NCBI GenBank assembly: GCA_965222115.1
Contig: CBDCTJ010000007.1
Span: forward strand, 1,472,001-1,536,000
Direction: 5' to 3'
Length of the DNA stretch: 64,000 bases
DNA from: Planctomycetota bacterium
GTDB lineage: Bacteria; Planctomycetota; PLA2; JAEUHO01
Part shown: piece by piece, positions 10,901 through 20,427 of the stretch
Position numbering within the stretch: the first letter of the stretch is position 1
Layout: the number at the start of each line of letters is the position of its first letter
Made by a program: the position numbers and the translations under genes
Notes under the pieces: model-generated
What the model saw: only the letters and a program-made list of their open reading frames with translations
Told to the model about the DNA's origin: nothing
The model's database searches: none

Positions 10901-11122
10901 GGGGATCGCGATCCCGAGGCTGTGCCGGTGTTTCTGCGTGCGCTTCGCGACGACGACATGATCCTGCGACGCAATGCGGATCGCGCACTGGAACGCACGC
11001 GAGGGACGCGAGGCGGTATTGAACGCGTGGACTTGCAAACCACGCCCTTGGAGGCCACGCAGATCGCGGAAAAGTGGGCCACGTGGTTTGATCGTGCGCG
11101 TCGCGCGCCCGCCACGCGGTAG
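7919..11122 (+). CDS. Large HEAT/ARM-repeat protein with N-terminal signal/TM segment
   Basis: Recurrent HEAT-like motifs (LIQALGDLSPDV, FLGDPDRFVKAEAA, AVPYLIEALRATDGRVR, AVPVFLRALRDDD); hydrophobic IVLACLLAAGLTLP. Confidence 0.8.
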   Translation: MDREHYRPLVQAHAPRRKVASVRIVLACLLAAGLTLPTLATSDMAWAGERGKKRRDKFDFDDPEDAGSTTPGGTRKRDGDRRRSGRSAEDQILEELGRLKSWPNKAGTRAAESLYLRGPSVIPHLVRVLDDAETRLKNFPLQPGAAWVLGKVGEEVHVQVILRAAARRPNASKAEAFFRSAYGLSAKETKRWLIGFLALANRPVFRKSAIDFLESRVTPMDQPRILDLLESTQAPVRAAGLSLMKPSGVPDADDRLIQALGDLSPDVAYKAARELAEDKDPRLHVRLNRLAREGGPRERAYACIALVERARATQSDPFEDATIATMSGRRGLLHPEKRNRAAAAISLAYGAMDTTDPAIGALLDQTVVEVLIDAVSGKHYRDFSSLSPNVFAALRRLSGEDLPETAVDWARWWRNSRATFQARKPLRELAAADMARSYVEFDVVEASGVRRVVSFVPEEGETRKDGFFVRTKAFRQLVEFLEGMGIFEARPPRAMARGQRVTATLGVLNQRRQLTVAKRLPNGHVNPDYERLRLRVESLIDTNLWQRYRDAEKWADAKTWWTRNEPLIANATPEERDSMLQAAIVHAYDDLPSDADRADALMRLRRIEQRLSDNEAVALAEHLAASPAFGASEADALRWLLDQNHQRARLALMTGLAKRPEPMARAILSELFTDAGLDGVREGFRDTRPEIREAAAESARLIIERGRARNWTADEQEAVELKLRPGLEVLAGDKEPRVAVKALMALAFLGDADTVDRLKKLYNAGSTGTRLDVVRAFGYLPGSVAHPFLTKVLADSRGERDGTMRAASLEAMARTNHPNSARMLMFYLLNDRDRFVQDTAAKMLAKDRSSEARVKVIEQLARAPRDPVRRARLVRVLGQFEGDGVSTHLMRFLGDPDRFVKAEAAVGAARHNLAEAVPYLIEALRATDGRVRDEAVQALRIVTSKTFDTRGYSALAERYDAWRKDHREGTHESWFAEALAARGYDAARLKRYARGDRDPEAVPVFLRALRDDDMILRRNADRALERTRGTRGGIERVDLQTTPLEATQIAEKWATWFDRARRAPATR

Positions 11123-11131
11123 CGCCTTCGA

Positions 11132-11698
11132 ATGAAGACGTCCGTTCCTGCGCGCCGCTTTCTTGTGCTCGCGCTAGTGATCACGCTTGCCGCTTGCGTG
11201 GGCGCCTGGGTGGGATGGTGTAGGGCCAATCACCCCACGGAGGCACCTCCCTACGACACGCTCGTGCGCGGCATCGCACACGATGAGAAGCTCGATACGA
11301 ATCTGCTGCGCGCGCTCATGATGGTGGAGAGTTCGGGAAAGGCCGACGCGGTGAGCCGCGCCGGGGCGCGCGGATTGATGCAACTCATGCCAGGCACCGC
11401 TGCCGAGGTGGCTAAGAAGTTGAAGATGGATGATTACACGCCTGACAAAATCTTGGACCCGCGCACAAACCTTCGATTGGGTGCGCGCTATTTACGCATG
11501 ATGCTCAATTTGTTTGATGGCGACGAGCACCTGGCGCTGGCCGCCTACAACGCGGGACCCCAAAACGTGAAACGCTGGTGCAAACGGGCAGCCGATGCGC
11601 CGGGGTACGAGGTGATCGAGCGCGAGGGGTACAAGGAAACCCGGCTGCATGTGCGTCGCATCATGCGTTTACGGGATGCGTACCGAGGCCAGCCGTAA
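11132..11698 (+). CDS. Lytic transglycosylase, SLT domain
   Basis: Catalytic motif ALMMVESS, plus GARGLMQLMP, ALAAYNAG and KETR; N-terminal TM anchor. Confidence 0.92.
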   Translation: MKTSVPARRFLVLALVITLAACVGAWVGWCRANHPTEAPPYDTLVRGIAHDEKLDTNLLRALMMVESSGKADAVSRAGARGLMQLMPGTAAEVAKKLKMDDYTPDKILDPRTNLRLGARYLRMMLNLFDGDEHLALAAYNAGPQNVKRWCKRAADAPGYEVIEREGYKETRLHVRRIMRLRDAYRGQP

Positions 11699-11699
11699 G

Positions 11700-13613
11700 C
11701 TACATCTCTCCGTTGAGCGCCAACAAGAACTGGGCATTGGTCGTGTGTTTGGCCAGTTGCTTGCGCAGCGAAACCATGACCTGGAGCGGTTCCTGACCGG
11801 TAATCGCGCGGCGAAGTTTCACTACGCGATCCAATTCGTCGGGGTGCAGCAGCAGATCTTCGTTGCGCGTGCCCGATGCCGGAACGTCGATCGCGGGCCA
11901 CACCCGCGCATTGGACAGGTCGCGGTTGAGCACCAATTCCATATTGCCCGTACCTTTGAACTCCTCAAAGATCACTTGGTCGAGCTTGCTGCCCGTATCA
12001 ACCAACGCGGTTGCAACGATCGTGAGGCTTCCACCACCTTCGACGTTTCTCGCCGAACCGAAAAACCGCTTTGGCTTGGTCAACGCATCGGCGTCGAGGC
12101 CGCCCGTGAGAATGCGACCACTGCCCGACGTTTGATTGTTGTAGGCGCGTCCCAGACGCGTGATGGAGTCGAGCAGTAACACGACGTGGCGACCGTACTC
12201 GACCATGCGCTTGATCTTGTCGATGACGAGTTCGGCCACGCGAATGTGGTTGGTGGCCGGCTTGTCGAAGGTGGACGCGATGACTTCGCCGCGCACCGAC
12301 CGGCGCATATTGGTTACTTCCTCCGGTCGTTCATCCACAAGCAGCACGACGATGTCTACGTCAGGGCTGTTGGTGGCAATGGCATCGGCCAGTTTGGTGA
12401 GCATGACCGTTTTGCCCGTGCGCGGCGGTGCGACGATAAGGCCGCGTTGGCCGCGCCCAAGGGGGCAGAAGATGTCCATCACACGCGTCTCGATTTCCTC
12501 GGGCTCGGTTTCAAGCACAATGCGCGTGTCGGGGTAGACCACGGTGAGTGAGTGAAAGTCGGTCAGCGTCTTCGCTTTGGCCGGATCTTCGTGATTGACT
12601 TCCGTGACGGTATCGAGCGCCAGGTAGGCGAGCCCGGGTTTCTTTCGATGCGCCTGACCGCGAATCCAGTGGCCCGGCTTGATGCCCTCGTTGCGTACCA
12701 ACGCGGCACCTACATAGACATCTTCGGGATGCTGCGTGTAGTTGCGCTCGGCCTTGCGTAAGAAGCCGTACCCGTCTGGATGCAACTCCAGCAGGCCTTC
12801 GACCTCAATGGACTCCTTTCGTGTGGTTACGCGAGAGGGTGTGCGTGTGCGTGCCCGTGACCGGGAGCGACTGACGAGATCGCCCAGCAACTGCCCAATG
12901 ATCTCGCGATCGGTGGCGTCGTCACTGACCTCGAGTCCCTCGTCGTTTGCGAGAGCGAGTAGCGCATCGCGGTCCAGGGAACTCATGCTTGCGATGTGGT
13001 ACTCGCCCTGACGAACGGCCTCGAGCAAGTCGGTGGGCGTTGTTCCCGGGGGTGGACGTCGGCGAGTTGGGCGGCGAGAGGTGTAGCTGCGTCCCGTACT
13101 GCGCTGTGCAGGAGGCGCATCGCTCGGGTCGGCCAATTTGGGAATCGTGCGGCTGGGAATCGTACGCGTACGACGTGGCGGTACCGGGGTGGATGGTGCT
13201 TCGGAGACGACGCTCCGCGCGCGAGACGTGCGGCGCGGCACTCGTTTGGGCGCACCGCCTGCGGCCTCCGATGTGGATACTGCGGCGCGTCGTCGTCGCG
13301 GAACGGACGGGATGGCGGATTCGCTGCTACGCGTCTCGTTGGCATCGTCGCTCGTTGCGCGCTTGGCGCGTGAAGACGCGGATGTCTTTCGTGCAGCCTT
13401 TTTCTTTGTCTTCTTCTTGCTCTTTTTCGTACTGCTCTTCTTTGTGGCGACGCGTTTGGTCGTTCGTTTGGCGGCCTTCTTCTTCGCGGCCTTCTTGCGA
13501 ACGGCTTTTTTGGCGCTGCGTTTGGCGACCTTCTTCTTTACGCGCGAGACCTTCTTCTTGACGGTCTTGCGCGCCGCCGCTTTCTTCTTTTTCTTTTTCT
13601 TCTTTGCAGCCAT
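11700..13613 (-). CDS. rho: Transcription termination factor Rho with long Lys/Arg-rich N-terminal extension
   Basis: GYGFLR RNA-binding motif, Walker [35 protein letters not shown]. Start at ATG GCT GCA AAG (13613). Confidence 0.97.
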   Translation of the reverse strand: MAAKKKKKKKKAAARKTVKKKVSRVKKKVAKRSAKKAVRKKAAKKKAAKRTTKRVATKKSSTKKSKKKTKKKAARKTSASSRAKRATSDDANETRSSESAIPSVPRRRRAAVSTSEAAGGAPKRVPRRTSRARSVVSEAPSTPVPPRRTRTIPSRTIPKLADPSDAPPAQRSTGRSYTSRRPTRRRPPPGTTPTDLLEAVRQGEYHIASMSSLDRDALLALANDEGLEVSDDATDREIIGQLLGDLVSRSRSRARTRTPSRVTTRKESIEVEGLLELHPDGYGFLRKAERNYTQHPEDVYVGAALVRNEGIKPGHWIRGQAHRKKPGLAYLALDTVTEVNHEDPAKAKTLTDFHSLTVVYPDTRIVLETEPEEIETRVMDIFCPLGRGQRGLIVAPPRTGKTVMLTKLADAIATNSPDVDIVVLLVDERPEEVTNMRRSVRGEVIASTFDKPATNHIRVAELVIDKIKRMVEYGRHVVLLLDSITRLGRAYNNQTSGSGRILTGGLDADALTKPKRFFGSARNVEGGGSLTIVATALVDTGSKLDQVIFEEFKGTGNMELVLNRDLSNARVWPAIDVPASGTRNEDLLLHPDELDRVVKLRRAITGQEPLQVMVSLRKQLAKHTTNAQFLLALNGEM

Positions 13614-13844
13614 TCGTTGGCTCTCACTCACTGTCAACCCGCGCGAAGGCGGGGAAACTTTGGAATTTCGGATGGATGGGCATTGACATGCGTTGACTTG
13701 GTACAAACACGTGCCCCGAGACTTGAAGTTTCCGCTTGCCGCGGATCGCGAGTTTCGTGATGCAAGGATCGGGTCCGTATGGGTGCCGTCCTACCGTCGG
13801 CGTCAGATTCTTCCCTGGCGATACCAATCCAGACGCGATCTTCC

Positions 13845-14507
13845 CTAGCCCGCAGAAGTTCCTCCCGGAGGAACCGTGGCTGGCGAAACGCCGATGGCGT
13901 CAAGCCCGGCACGGACTTGCGCATCGAGCTCTTCGCTGGACACGTTATTGTTGATCACCAGATCCGCGCGTGCCTTCTTTCGTGCCATGGGGCTTTGAAA
14001 GCGCTCACGTCGCTGAATATCTTCCATGGATATGCCACGTCCTTCCGCGCGCTTGGCGCGAACGGCTTCGGGGACGTCTATAAACCACAAGGCATCGCAG
14101 TGTCGGTCGAGTCCGACTTCAATGAGGAGGGCGACGTCGAGCACGAGTACTGGCGGGCCATCGCCACGGCGATGATCTTGGATGGCACCTTTGATTTTGG
14201 CGAAGCAATAGGGGTGAATCAGTCGCTCAAGGCGACGTAGTTTCGCGGCGTCGTTGAAGACCACGCCTGCGATTTTCTCTCGATTGGGTACACCGTCCTC
14301 GACAAACTCAGGCCCAAGGAGATCCACAAGTCGCCCATCGCGGGCACACGCATCCAGGGCATCGTGGGCAAGGTCGTCGGCGTCGATGGCGTAGCCAGGC
14401 CCCAATTCAGCTATACGTGCGGCGACGTAGGTTTTGCCAGCACAAATGCCGCCAAGTAGTCCGATGATGGGTCGTGGGGATTTCAGTGGAATCGCTCCGA
14501 TCTGCAA
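13845..14507 (-). CDS. coaE: Dephospho-CoA kinase
   Basis: IIGLLGGICAGKT, IDADDLAH, LERLIHP, DVALLIE, ADLVINN; adjacent to rho. Confidence 0.92.
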   Translation of the reverse strand: MQIGAIPLKSPRPIIGLLGGICAGKTYVAARIAELGPGYAIDADDLAHDALDACARDGRLVDLLGPEFVEDGVPNREKIAGVVFNDAAKLRRLERLIHPYCFAKIKGAIQDHRRGDGPPVLVLDVALLIEVGLDRHCDALWFIDVPEAVRAKRAEGRGISMEDIQRRERFQSPMARKKARADLVINNNVSSEELDAQVRAGLDAIGVSPATVPPGGTSAG

Positions 14508-15156
14508 ACGGGCCTCGCCACCCGCCGGGCATCTTAGTTCGTCGAACCGTCGACGAAGATGTTCCTACTTTGTTCGTTCCGCCCAGTCCATTCGAACCAC
14601 GCAGCCTAAACCGCATCGCCCGAATCACGATCGCGCGACTCGCTAACTCTAGAAGATGGGGCCCATCGATGGATGGATCGCGGCCAACCGAACCGAGAAA
14701 GCAAGCGGGCGCGTAGAGAGGACAGCAACAGCCCGCTGCGTGAACCTTAGTCAGAGCGGTGGGGTCGTCAAGGCCCCGTCGGCGAGATATTCGCTAATTG
14801 TTACGGAATTGGCCTAAAGGATTGCACGCGATCCCGCCTGCGAACGTTGACCGCGGTGGGAGCGGACTGCTACCGTACCCGCGGCAGGGAGGCCACGGGC
14901 ATCGTCCGTGGGGAGGACTTCTGCCGCCGCCATATGCGATTGGAGCATTCCAGTTGCTTATGGTGTAATCGTACGGTCACCGCATGGGCGGTGCTTGATC
15001 ATGCTTCGCCTTGCTCTGGCAAGGCACGGCAAATTGGATTTCCCGACGCGTGCCGTGTGCGGCCACGTTTCGTAGATGCGGTCCCTTGCGGGCCAATGTT
15101 TACGAATGCGACGTGCCCACCATGTTTACGCCCTTGCGGTTTCCTGGAGGTTTAGC

Positions 15157-16842
15157 ATGCGAACTTTTCGCAGTTCAGAGCGCGGTGCATCCGCTTGGCC
15201 CCTGGTCATTGCGATTCTTCTTTTGCTCGCGGCCGTCTACTTGTTGTTCGACAAGACGAGTCAGTACGACGAGTTGAAAAAAGAGATCGCCACCACCCAG
15301 CAGAAGCACAAGGAAGTGCAAACCAAAGCAAGTGCCATGGCCGAGAAGTTCAAGGCCGTTTCAAAAGTTGTTGGTTTCCAGACCGACACGATTGACGTAT
15401 CCGGCCTCGGTCTGCCCGAGTCGTCGATCACCATTTCCGACGCCGCTGCCATTCAAAATGAAGTCAACCCGCAGGGCATGCGTGGCGAGGGCGAGAATGC
15501 TCAGCCCGGTCTCGCGAAAGTAATCGCCGAACGCGGGTTGTTGCGTTTCACACGCACCGCGCGTCAACACACCAGTACCGTTGGCAAAGCGGTCGAGGTC
15601 AAGGCGCCGTACGCGACGCAGGCATTTACCGACGCATTGGCCAAATTGCGCGAACTGTATAAGCCACTTGGCAATATGCCGGCGGCGCCCCACGACGACG
15701 ACGATGTTGAGGGTCGCGCGGCATACGAGGCCGAAGTGAAGGAGTACAACGACAACGTTACCGCCTACAACAATGCACTTAACGAAGTTGCTAAGATGGC
15801 TGGGTACAAGGAAGCCTCTGAGACGATCGCGGGTCCCGGTGAGTTCGGCCCGGCGGAAGAAAACGTTATCGAGGTCCGCTACTTCCCTAATGCCGTCAGT
15901 GATCAAGAATCGCTTGAGTCCATCTTGAAGAGCATCCCGGCTGGGATCGAGGGTATGCGAAGCGAGATTCAGGCGTTCGCTGAAGCCACCAATGGCAAAA
16001 TCAGTGCGCTTGAGACCGACAACAAGGCCAAAGACGAGTCGCTTGCTGCCAAACAAGCCGCGCTTGAGCAATGCCAGAAGGATCACCAGAAGACAAAGGA
16101 TGATCTGACGGCGCGGGCGTCGAAGGCCGATACCGCCGCCACGGAAGCCAACACCCGAAGCCAGGAGTTGGAAAACGAGCTGGCCAAGACGAAGCAGGAC
16201 TCGGAAGAAGCCTTGCAGTTGATTTCGTCCGAGCGCGACGCCTACAAGACGGGTCTTGCCAATGAGAAGGAACGTCGCGACCACGCGATTCGCCGCAATG
16301 TCGCCAAGGCACAGGTGCTTGCCGTTTCAAGCCTCGGCAATGCCATTATCAACATTGGTCGTCGCAACCACGCCTTCACGGGCCTCACGCTTGAGGCCAA
16401 AGCGCACAACCGCGCGGGCAACAAGGTCACAACCGGCAAGGTGGTCATCACGCAGGTGCTTGGCTCAAGTTCATCGCGCGCCCGCATCGTTTCGGGTGTC
16501 GTGCGTGAGGGCTACACGCTTCACAATCCGCTCTATGGCAAGGACGAACCTATTCGCATTGTGATTCATGGCACGCTTGAGAAGTGGCCGCTTTCGGTGC
16601 TCAAGCCTCGCCTCACGGCGCTCAATGTCGAACTCCAAGATGAAATGAATGGTAAAACCGACTACGTCATCGTGCCCAACTCGCTTTCCATGCCGAAGGT
16701 GAAAGTTGCTAGCGACGAAGACGAAGGCGAACAAGAGGAAGACCCCAAGGCCAAGCTTTGGGAGGCGATCAACAATCGTGCCCGTGGTTTCGGCGCCAAG
16801 GTGTTAACCGAGCGCCTCTTTGACGCGTTCTTGGATTTCTAA
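15157..16842 (+). CDS. Membrane-anchored coiled-coil protein with C-terminal BRCT-like domain
   Basis: GGAGG RBS, N-terminal TM and long heptad regions. The C-terminus IVIHGTLE...KTDYVIV...ARGFGAKVLTERLF resembles a BRCT domain. Confidence 0.7.
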   Translation: MRTFRSSERGASAWPLVIAILLLLAAVYLLFDKTSQYDELKKEIATTQQKHKEVQTKASAMAEKFKAVSKVVGFQTDTIDVSGLGLPESSITISDAAAIQNEVNPQGMRGEGENAQPGLAKVIAERGLLRFTRTARQHTSTVGKAVEVKAPYATQAFTDALAKLRELYKPLGNMPAAPHDDDDVEGRAAYEAEVKEYNDNVTAYNNALNEVAKMAGYKEASETIAGPGEFGPAEENVIEVRYFPNAVSDQESLESILKSIPAGIEGMRSEIQAFAEATNGKISALETDNKAKDESLAAKQAALEQCQKDHQKTKDDLTARASKADTAATEANTRSQELENELAKTKQDSEEALQLISSERDAYKTGLANEKERRDHAIRRNVAKAQVLAVSSLGNAIINIGRRNHAFTGLTLEAKAHNRAGNKVTTGKVVITQVLGSSSSRARIVSGVVREGYTLHNPLYGKDEPIRIVIHGTLEKWPLSVLKPRLTALNVELQDEMNGKTDYVIVPNSLSMPKVKVASDEDEGEQEEDPKAKLWEAINNRARGFGAKVLTERLFDAFLDF

Positions 16843-16899
16843 AGACGCACCTCAGATCCGAGCTCATTCCGATTTTTCGACCCCTCGCAGGTCGCACCC

Positions 16900-16933
16900 A
16901 GGAAGGCCCCACGCGGGGCCTTCTTGTCGTTTT
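16900..16933 (+). terminator. Probable intrinsic terminator hairpin
   Basis: GAAGGCCCC-ACGC-GGGGCCTTC stem followed by TTGTCGTTTT, about 60 nt after the stop codon. Confidence 0.65.
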
Positions 16934-17021
16934 GCGACACGCGTGGTTTCAAGGCGAGGTTCGCGCGAGAAGGGGCCCAACACGAGCCACCGATTCGTGC
17001 AGGCAGTGGTAGGTTTCCAGC

Positions 17022-17903
17022 ATGGCCGACGCCGAGACTCCATACGAAGACAGGGAATCAACCCTGCCGCGTATGTCCCTACCGGAGCATCTCAACGAAC
17101 TGCGTCGTCGTGTATTGATCTCCGTCCTTGCGGTCGTGACCACGGCGGTCGTCGTATTCTTCTTTCACAAGCAGCTCTCGGATTTCATCTACCAGCCGTT
17201 TTGGGAAGCATCCGCCGCTCACGGCATCATCGATGCCAAGATCATGGCGCTCAAGCCTGGCGAAGGGTTCCTGCAGACCATCAAGCTTTGCCTGCTCGTG
17301 GCACTGATGATTGCGAGCCCGATCGTCCTCTGGCAAATGTGGGGCTTTGTTGCCGCCGGGTTGTATGAGCATGAGCGCAAGGCAGTGCGCACGTATTTCC
17401 CGGTGTCCATCGGCCTCTTCGCGCTTGGCATCATCGCGGCCTATCTCCTGTTGATTCCCTTTGGACTGCGGTTCTTAATCGGCTTCGATCAACAGGTGGG
17501 CTACGAGTCCAACTACCGCGCCTCGCATTACCTGTCGCTCTGCTACACAGCCGTGTTTGGCATGGGCTTCGTGTTTCAGCTCCCCCTGATCATGCTATTC
17601 CTGCAAGCCACCGATATGGTGAAGCGCAAGACGTTCATTAAGGGTTGGCGCATTGCGGTCATGGCGTCGGCCGTGGTGGGCATGATGCTGACCGACCCGA
17701 GTCCTGCCACGCAGTTCATGATGGCCATTCCCATTGTGGGGCTCTACTTCATCGGCATCTGGGGCGGTCGATTTGTGGGCCCGGATCGCGAGACCTTTCG
17801 CTGGTACATGGCCTGGCCCGTCGTGCTCGGCGCGCTGATCTTTGCGGCCATGCTCATTTACTCCGACGAACTCAACATTTGGGTGGCCAAGGTCTTTTCG
17901 TAG
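17022..17903 (+). CDS. tatC: Twin-arginine translocase subunit TatC
   Basis: MSLPEHLNELRRR, P-E-F-x-T-I-K, WGFVAAGLYEHE, FQLPL; multiple TM helices. Confidence 0.93.
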   Translation: MADAETPYEDRESTLPRMSLPEHLNELRRRVLISVLAVVTTAVVVFFFHKQLSDFIYQPFWEASAAHGIIDAKIMALKPGEGFLQTIKLCLLVALMIASPIVLWQMWGFVAAGLYEHERKAVRTYFPVSIGLFALGIIAAYLLLIPFGLRFLIGFDQQVGYESNYRASHYLSLCYTAVFGMGFVFQLPLIMLFLQATDMVKRKTFIKGWRIAVMASAVVGMMLTDPSPATQFMMAIPIVGLYFIGIWGGRFVGPDRETFRWYMAWPVVLGALIFAAMLIYSDELNIWVAKVFS

Positions 17904-17964
17904 TTCGTCATCTGGGTCGGCGTCCGGTTCGTGCGTTGCCCGCGCTCTCCGGTATTGTGCCGCG

Positions 17965-19041
17965 ATGCGTATCGCTTTCATTGGACTTCCGGGCGCCGGC
18001 AAAACAACGGTGCTCAATGCCGTGGCCGACCAACCGATGGATCAGGCGCCCGGTTCGTTTCAATCCGAGACCCACGTCCGCCGCGTGCGTGTGCTCGATC
18101 CCCGGCTCGATGCATGTCGTGATATCTTTCAGCCTAAGAAGTTTACCCAGGCGTCGCTTGAACTGCTTGATCCACCGGGCCTGCCGCCAGGCCCCACGGA
18201 GGGCGATCGCGAACGTCGTCAACGCCTGCTTTCCACGTTACGTGAATCGGATGCCTACGTGCTTGTGGTGCGCGATTTCACGTCGCCGCAATATCCGTAC
18301 GAGCGCGCTGAGGCCGACCCCAAGGCTGATCTCGCTTGGTTGCTAGAAGAACTCGTCACGGCCGACTACGTGATCGCTGAAAACCGCGCCAACAAGTTGC
18401 GCGACAATGTGCAGAAGAAAACCAAGTCCGCTGACACCGACAAATTGGAGCTGGCGGTGCTGGAGAAGTGCCTTGAACGCCTGGAGGCGGGGCGCGATCT
18501 TGCCGACATTGAACTCGGCGAGGCCGACGACAAACGCATTCGCGGCTTTCAGTTCTTCATGCGCAAGCCGCTACTTTTGTTGGTGAACGGCCCCAACGGA
18601 ATCCCCGATGGATTGGGCGAAGGCGCGCCCATCACGTTGCGCGATGTTTCCACGATGGACGCGCAGATTGATGCGGAACTTGCCGCCATGGATGCCGAGG
18701 ATCGCCCCGCGTTCATGGACGAGTTTGGCATTGAATCGCCGGCGGCTGAGCGCTTTGTGCGACAGGTCTATCAAGCCGTCGGGCTGCGCTCGTTTTTCAC
18801 CGTGGGTGAGGACGAGGTGCGCGCGTGGACCATTCATGCCGGTGACTCTGCGGTCGTCGCGGCAGGCAAGATCCATACCGACCTCGCTCGCGGATTTGTG
18901 CGTGCAGAAGTGTTTCCCCATGAAGACTTGCTGGCAGCGGGTTCCATGCGGGATCTCAAAGCCCAGGGTGGCATACGCCTTGAGCCCAAGGACTACGAAG
19001 TGAAAGACGGCGACGTCGTCCACATTCGGAGCGGCGTGTGA
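17965..19041 (+). CDS. ychF: YchF/Ola1-like Obg-family NTPase with C-terminal TGS (DUF933) domain, divergent G-motifs
   Basis: GLPGAGKTT P-loop; C-terminal FFTVGEDEVRAWTI, AAGKIHTDLARGFVRAEV, KDYEVKDGDVV. Confidence 0.8.
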   Translation: MRIAFIGLPGAGKTTVLNAVADQPMDQAPGSFQSETHVRRVRVLDPRLDACRDIFQPKKFTQASLELLDPPGLPPGPTEGDRERRQRLLSTLRESDAYVLVVRDFTSPQYPYERAEADPKADLAWLLEELVTADYVIAENRANKLRDNVQKKTKSADTDKLELAVLEKCLERLEAGRDLADIELGEADDKRIRGFQFFMRKPLLLLVNGPNGIPDGLGEGAPITLRDVSTMDAQIDAELAAMDAEDRPAFMDEFGIESPAAERFVRQVYQAVGLRSFFTVGEDEVRAWTIHAGDSAVVAAGKIHTDLARGFVRAEVFPHEDLLAAGSMRDLKAQGGIRLEPKDYEVKDGDVVHIRSGV

Positions 19042-20312
19042 CAGCAGCCGTTGCCAGCGTCATTCTCGTTGGCGATGAACTCCTGGCGGGTCGCGTAGCC
19101 GACGTCAACGGTCCCTTTCTGGCCCGTAGGCTGAGCGAGTGGGGTTGGCGGCTTGCGGATATACGCACGGTTAACGATGACGTAGATGCCATTGCGGGGG
19201 CGCTGCGTCACGCCGGCGGGCGCGCATCACTCGTGGTTGTTTCCGGTGGACTTGGTCCTACTCAAGACGATCGAACGCGCGAGGCGATTGCAGCGGTCGT
19301 TAGCGACGGCGTCCTTGAAACGAACAGAGACGCACGGGCATGGATAGAGGACTATTTCGGTCACAGCGGACGAGCACCTACGCCGAGGCAAGCACGACAA
19401 GCCGACGTTCCCGTGGGCGCCGAGGTCATTCGCAACTCCCTTGGCGTTGCTCCGGCGTTTCTCTGCCAAAAAAAATCGACGATGATTGTCGCGCTTCCCG
19501 GCGTACCTGCCGAACTTCGAAGCTTCTTTGGCGACCCTGCACCGCTGACAACGCGCCTCAATCGTATTCACTCGGACGGATCGATTCGATTCATGGTTGC
19601 AGGGTTGGGCGAGACCACATGTGAGTCGGTGGTTGCTTCCGTTAAGGAGGTGGCCACGTGGGAACCCTCGTTTTATCCGCAGCAAGGCGAAGTCGAAATC
19701 GTGCTGCATCACGCCACGACCGCAAGCGACGAAGAACGCACGACGACATTCGACGCGTTGCGCGCTGCCTTCGGTGACCATCTCTATGAACCCGGTGTTG
19801 GAAAGCACATCGAACACCTCATCGTGAACACGTTGGCAGATCGCGGCGAGACGGTGGCCACGGCGGAATCACTTACGGGTGGTTTGATTGCCGAAATGCT
19901 CACGCGTGTGCCGGGCGCGAGCGCCGTGTTTCCAGTGGGATGGGTGACCTATGCCACGGAACAAAAGAGCGTTCACCTGGGCGTTGCGGCCGACTTGATT
20001 GCGAATCACGGCGTGGTGTCCGAGGCCGTCGTCCGCGAGATGGCGAAAGGCGCCCGAGATCGCAGCGGCGCTACGTTTGGATTGGCCACGACCGGTGTGG
20101 CTGGACCCGACCCCGTCGTGGCGCCCGACCGTAGCAAGATCGATCCTGGGACCGCATGGATCGCGGTGGCCGGCAAGAAGGGCGTGACAACACACATGGT
20201 TCAAACCTCGGCCGGAACCGGCGAAAATCAGGAGATCGCACGCGCCATCGTGAAGCGTCGGGTTGCCGTGGCGGCGCTCAACGAACTGCGACTCGTCCTG
20301 CCTTCGAGTTGA
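19038..20312 (+). CDS. cinA: CinA-family protein (MoCF/CinA N-domain plus NMN deamidase PncC domain)
   Basis: VGDELLAG, SGGLGPTQDD, LPGVP, TAESLTGG, GVVSEAVVREMA, TTGVAGP. Confidence 0.92.
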   Translation: MTAAVASVILVGDELLAGRVADVNGPFLARRLSEWGWRLADIRTVNDDVDAIAGALRHAGGRASLVVVSGGLGPTQDDRTREAIAAVVSDGVLETNRDARAWIEDYFGHSGRAPTPRQARQADVPVGAEVIRNSLGVAPAFLCQKKSTMIVALPGVPAELRSFFGDPAPLTTRLNRIHSDGSIRFMVAGLGETTCESVVASVKEVATWEPSFYPQQGEVEIVLHHATTASDEERTTTFDALRAAFGDHLYEPGVGKHIEHLIVNTLADRGETVATAESLTGGLIAEMLTRVPGASAVFPVGWVTYATEQKSVHLGVAADLIANHGVVSEAVVREMAKGARDRSGATFGLATTGVAGPDPVVAPDRSKIDPGTAWIAVAGKKGVTTHMVQTSAGTGENQEIARAIVKRRVAVAALNELRLVLPSS

Positions 20313-20351
20313 TGGGCGTTCGAGTTGAAGGGCGAGCGCGCTGATGGGCAG

Positions 20352-20427
20352 TGGTTCCCCGGGGAGGACTCGAACCTCCAACATCCAGATCCAAAATCTG
20401 ACGTGCTACCAATTGCACCACCGGGGA
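20352..20427 (-). tRNA. tRNA-Gln (anticodon TTG)
   Basis: Reverse complement TCCCCGGTGGTGCAATTGGTAGCACGTCAGATTTTGGATCTGGATGTTGGAGGTTCGAGTCCTCCCCGGGGAACCA: 7-bp acceptor stem, T-loop GTTCGAG, anticodon loop TTTTGGA, encoded CCA. Confidence 0.96.

Noticed and set aside
13580-13605. Programmed frameshift in the rho poly-Lys tract
   Set aside because: The codons alternate AAG and AAA without an in-frame A-AAA-AAG slippery heptamer, and the ORF is intact.
14508-15156. Gene or ncRNA in the 650-nt coaE/coiled-coil gap
   Set aside because: The short ORFs have no recognisable features and I found no convincing RNA motif. It is most likely a divergent promoter region.
20352-20427. tRNA-Gln as an integration site for an island or prophage
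   Set aside because: No integrase and no duplicated tRNA 3' end seen; the flanking genes are housekeeping.
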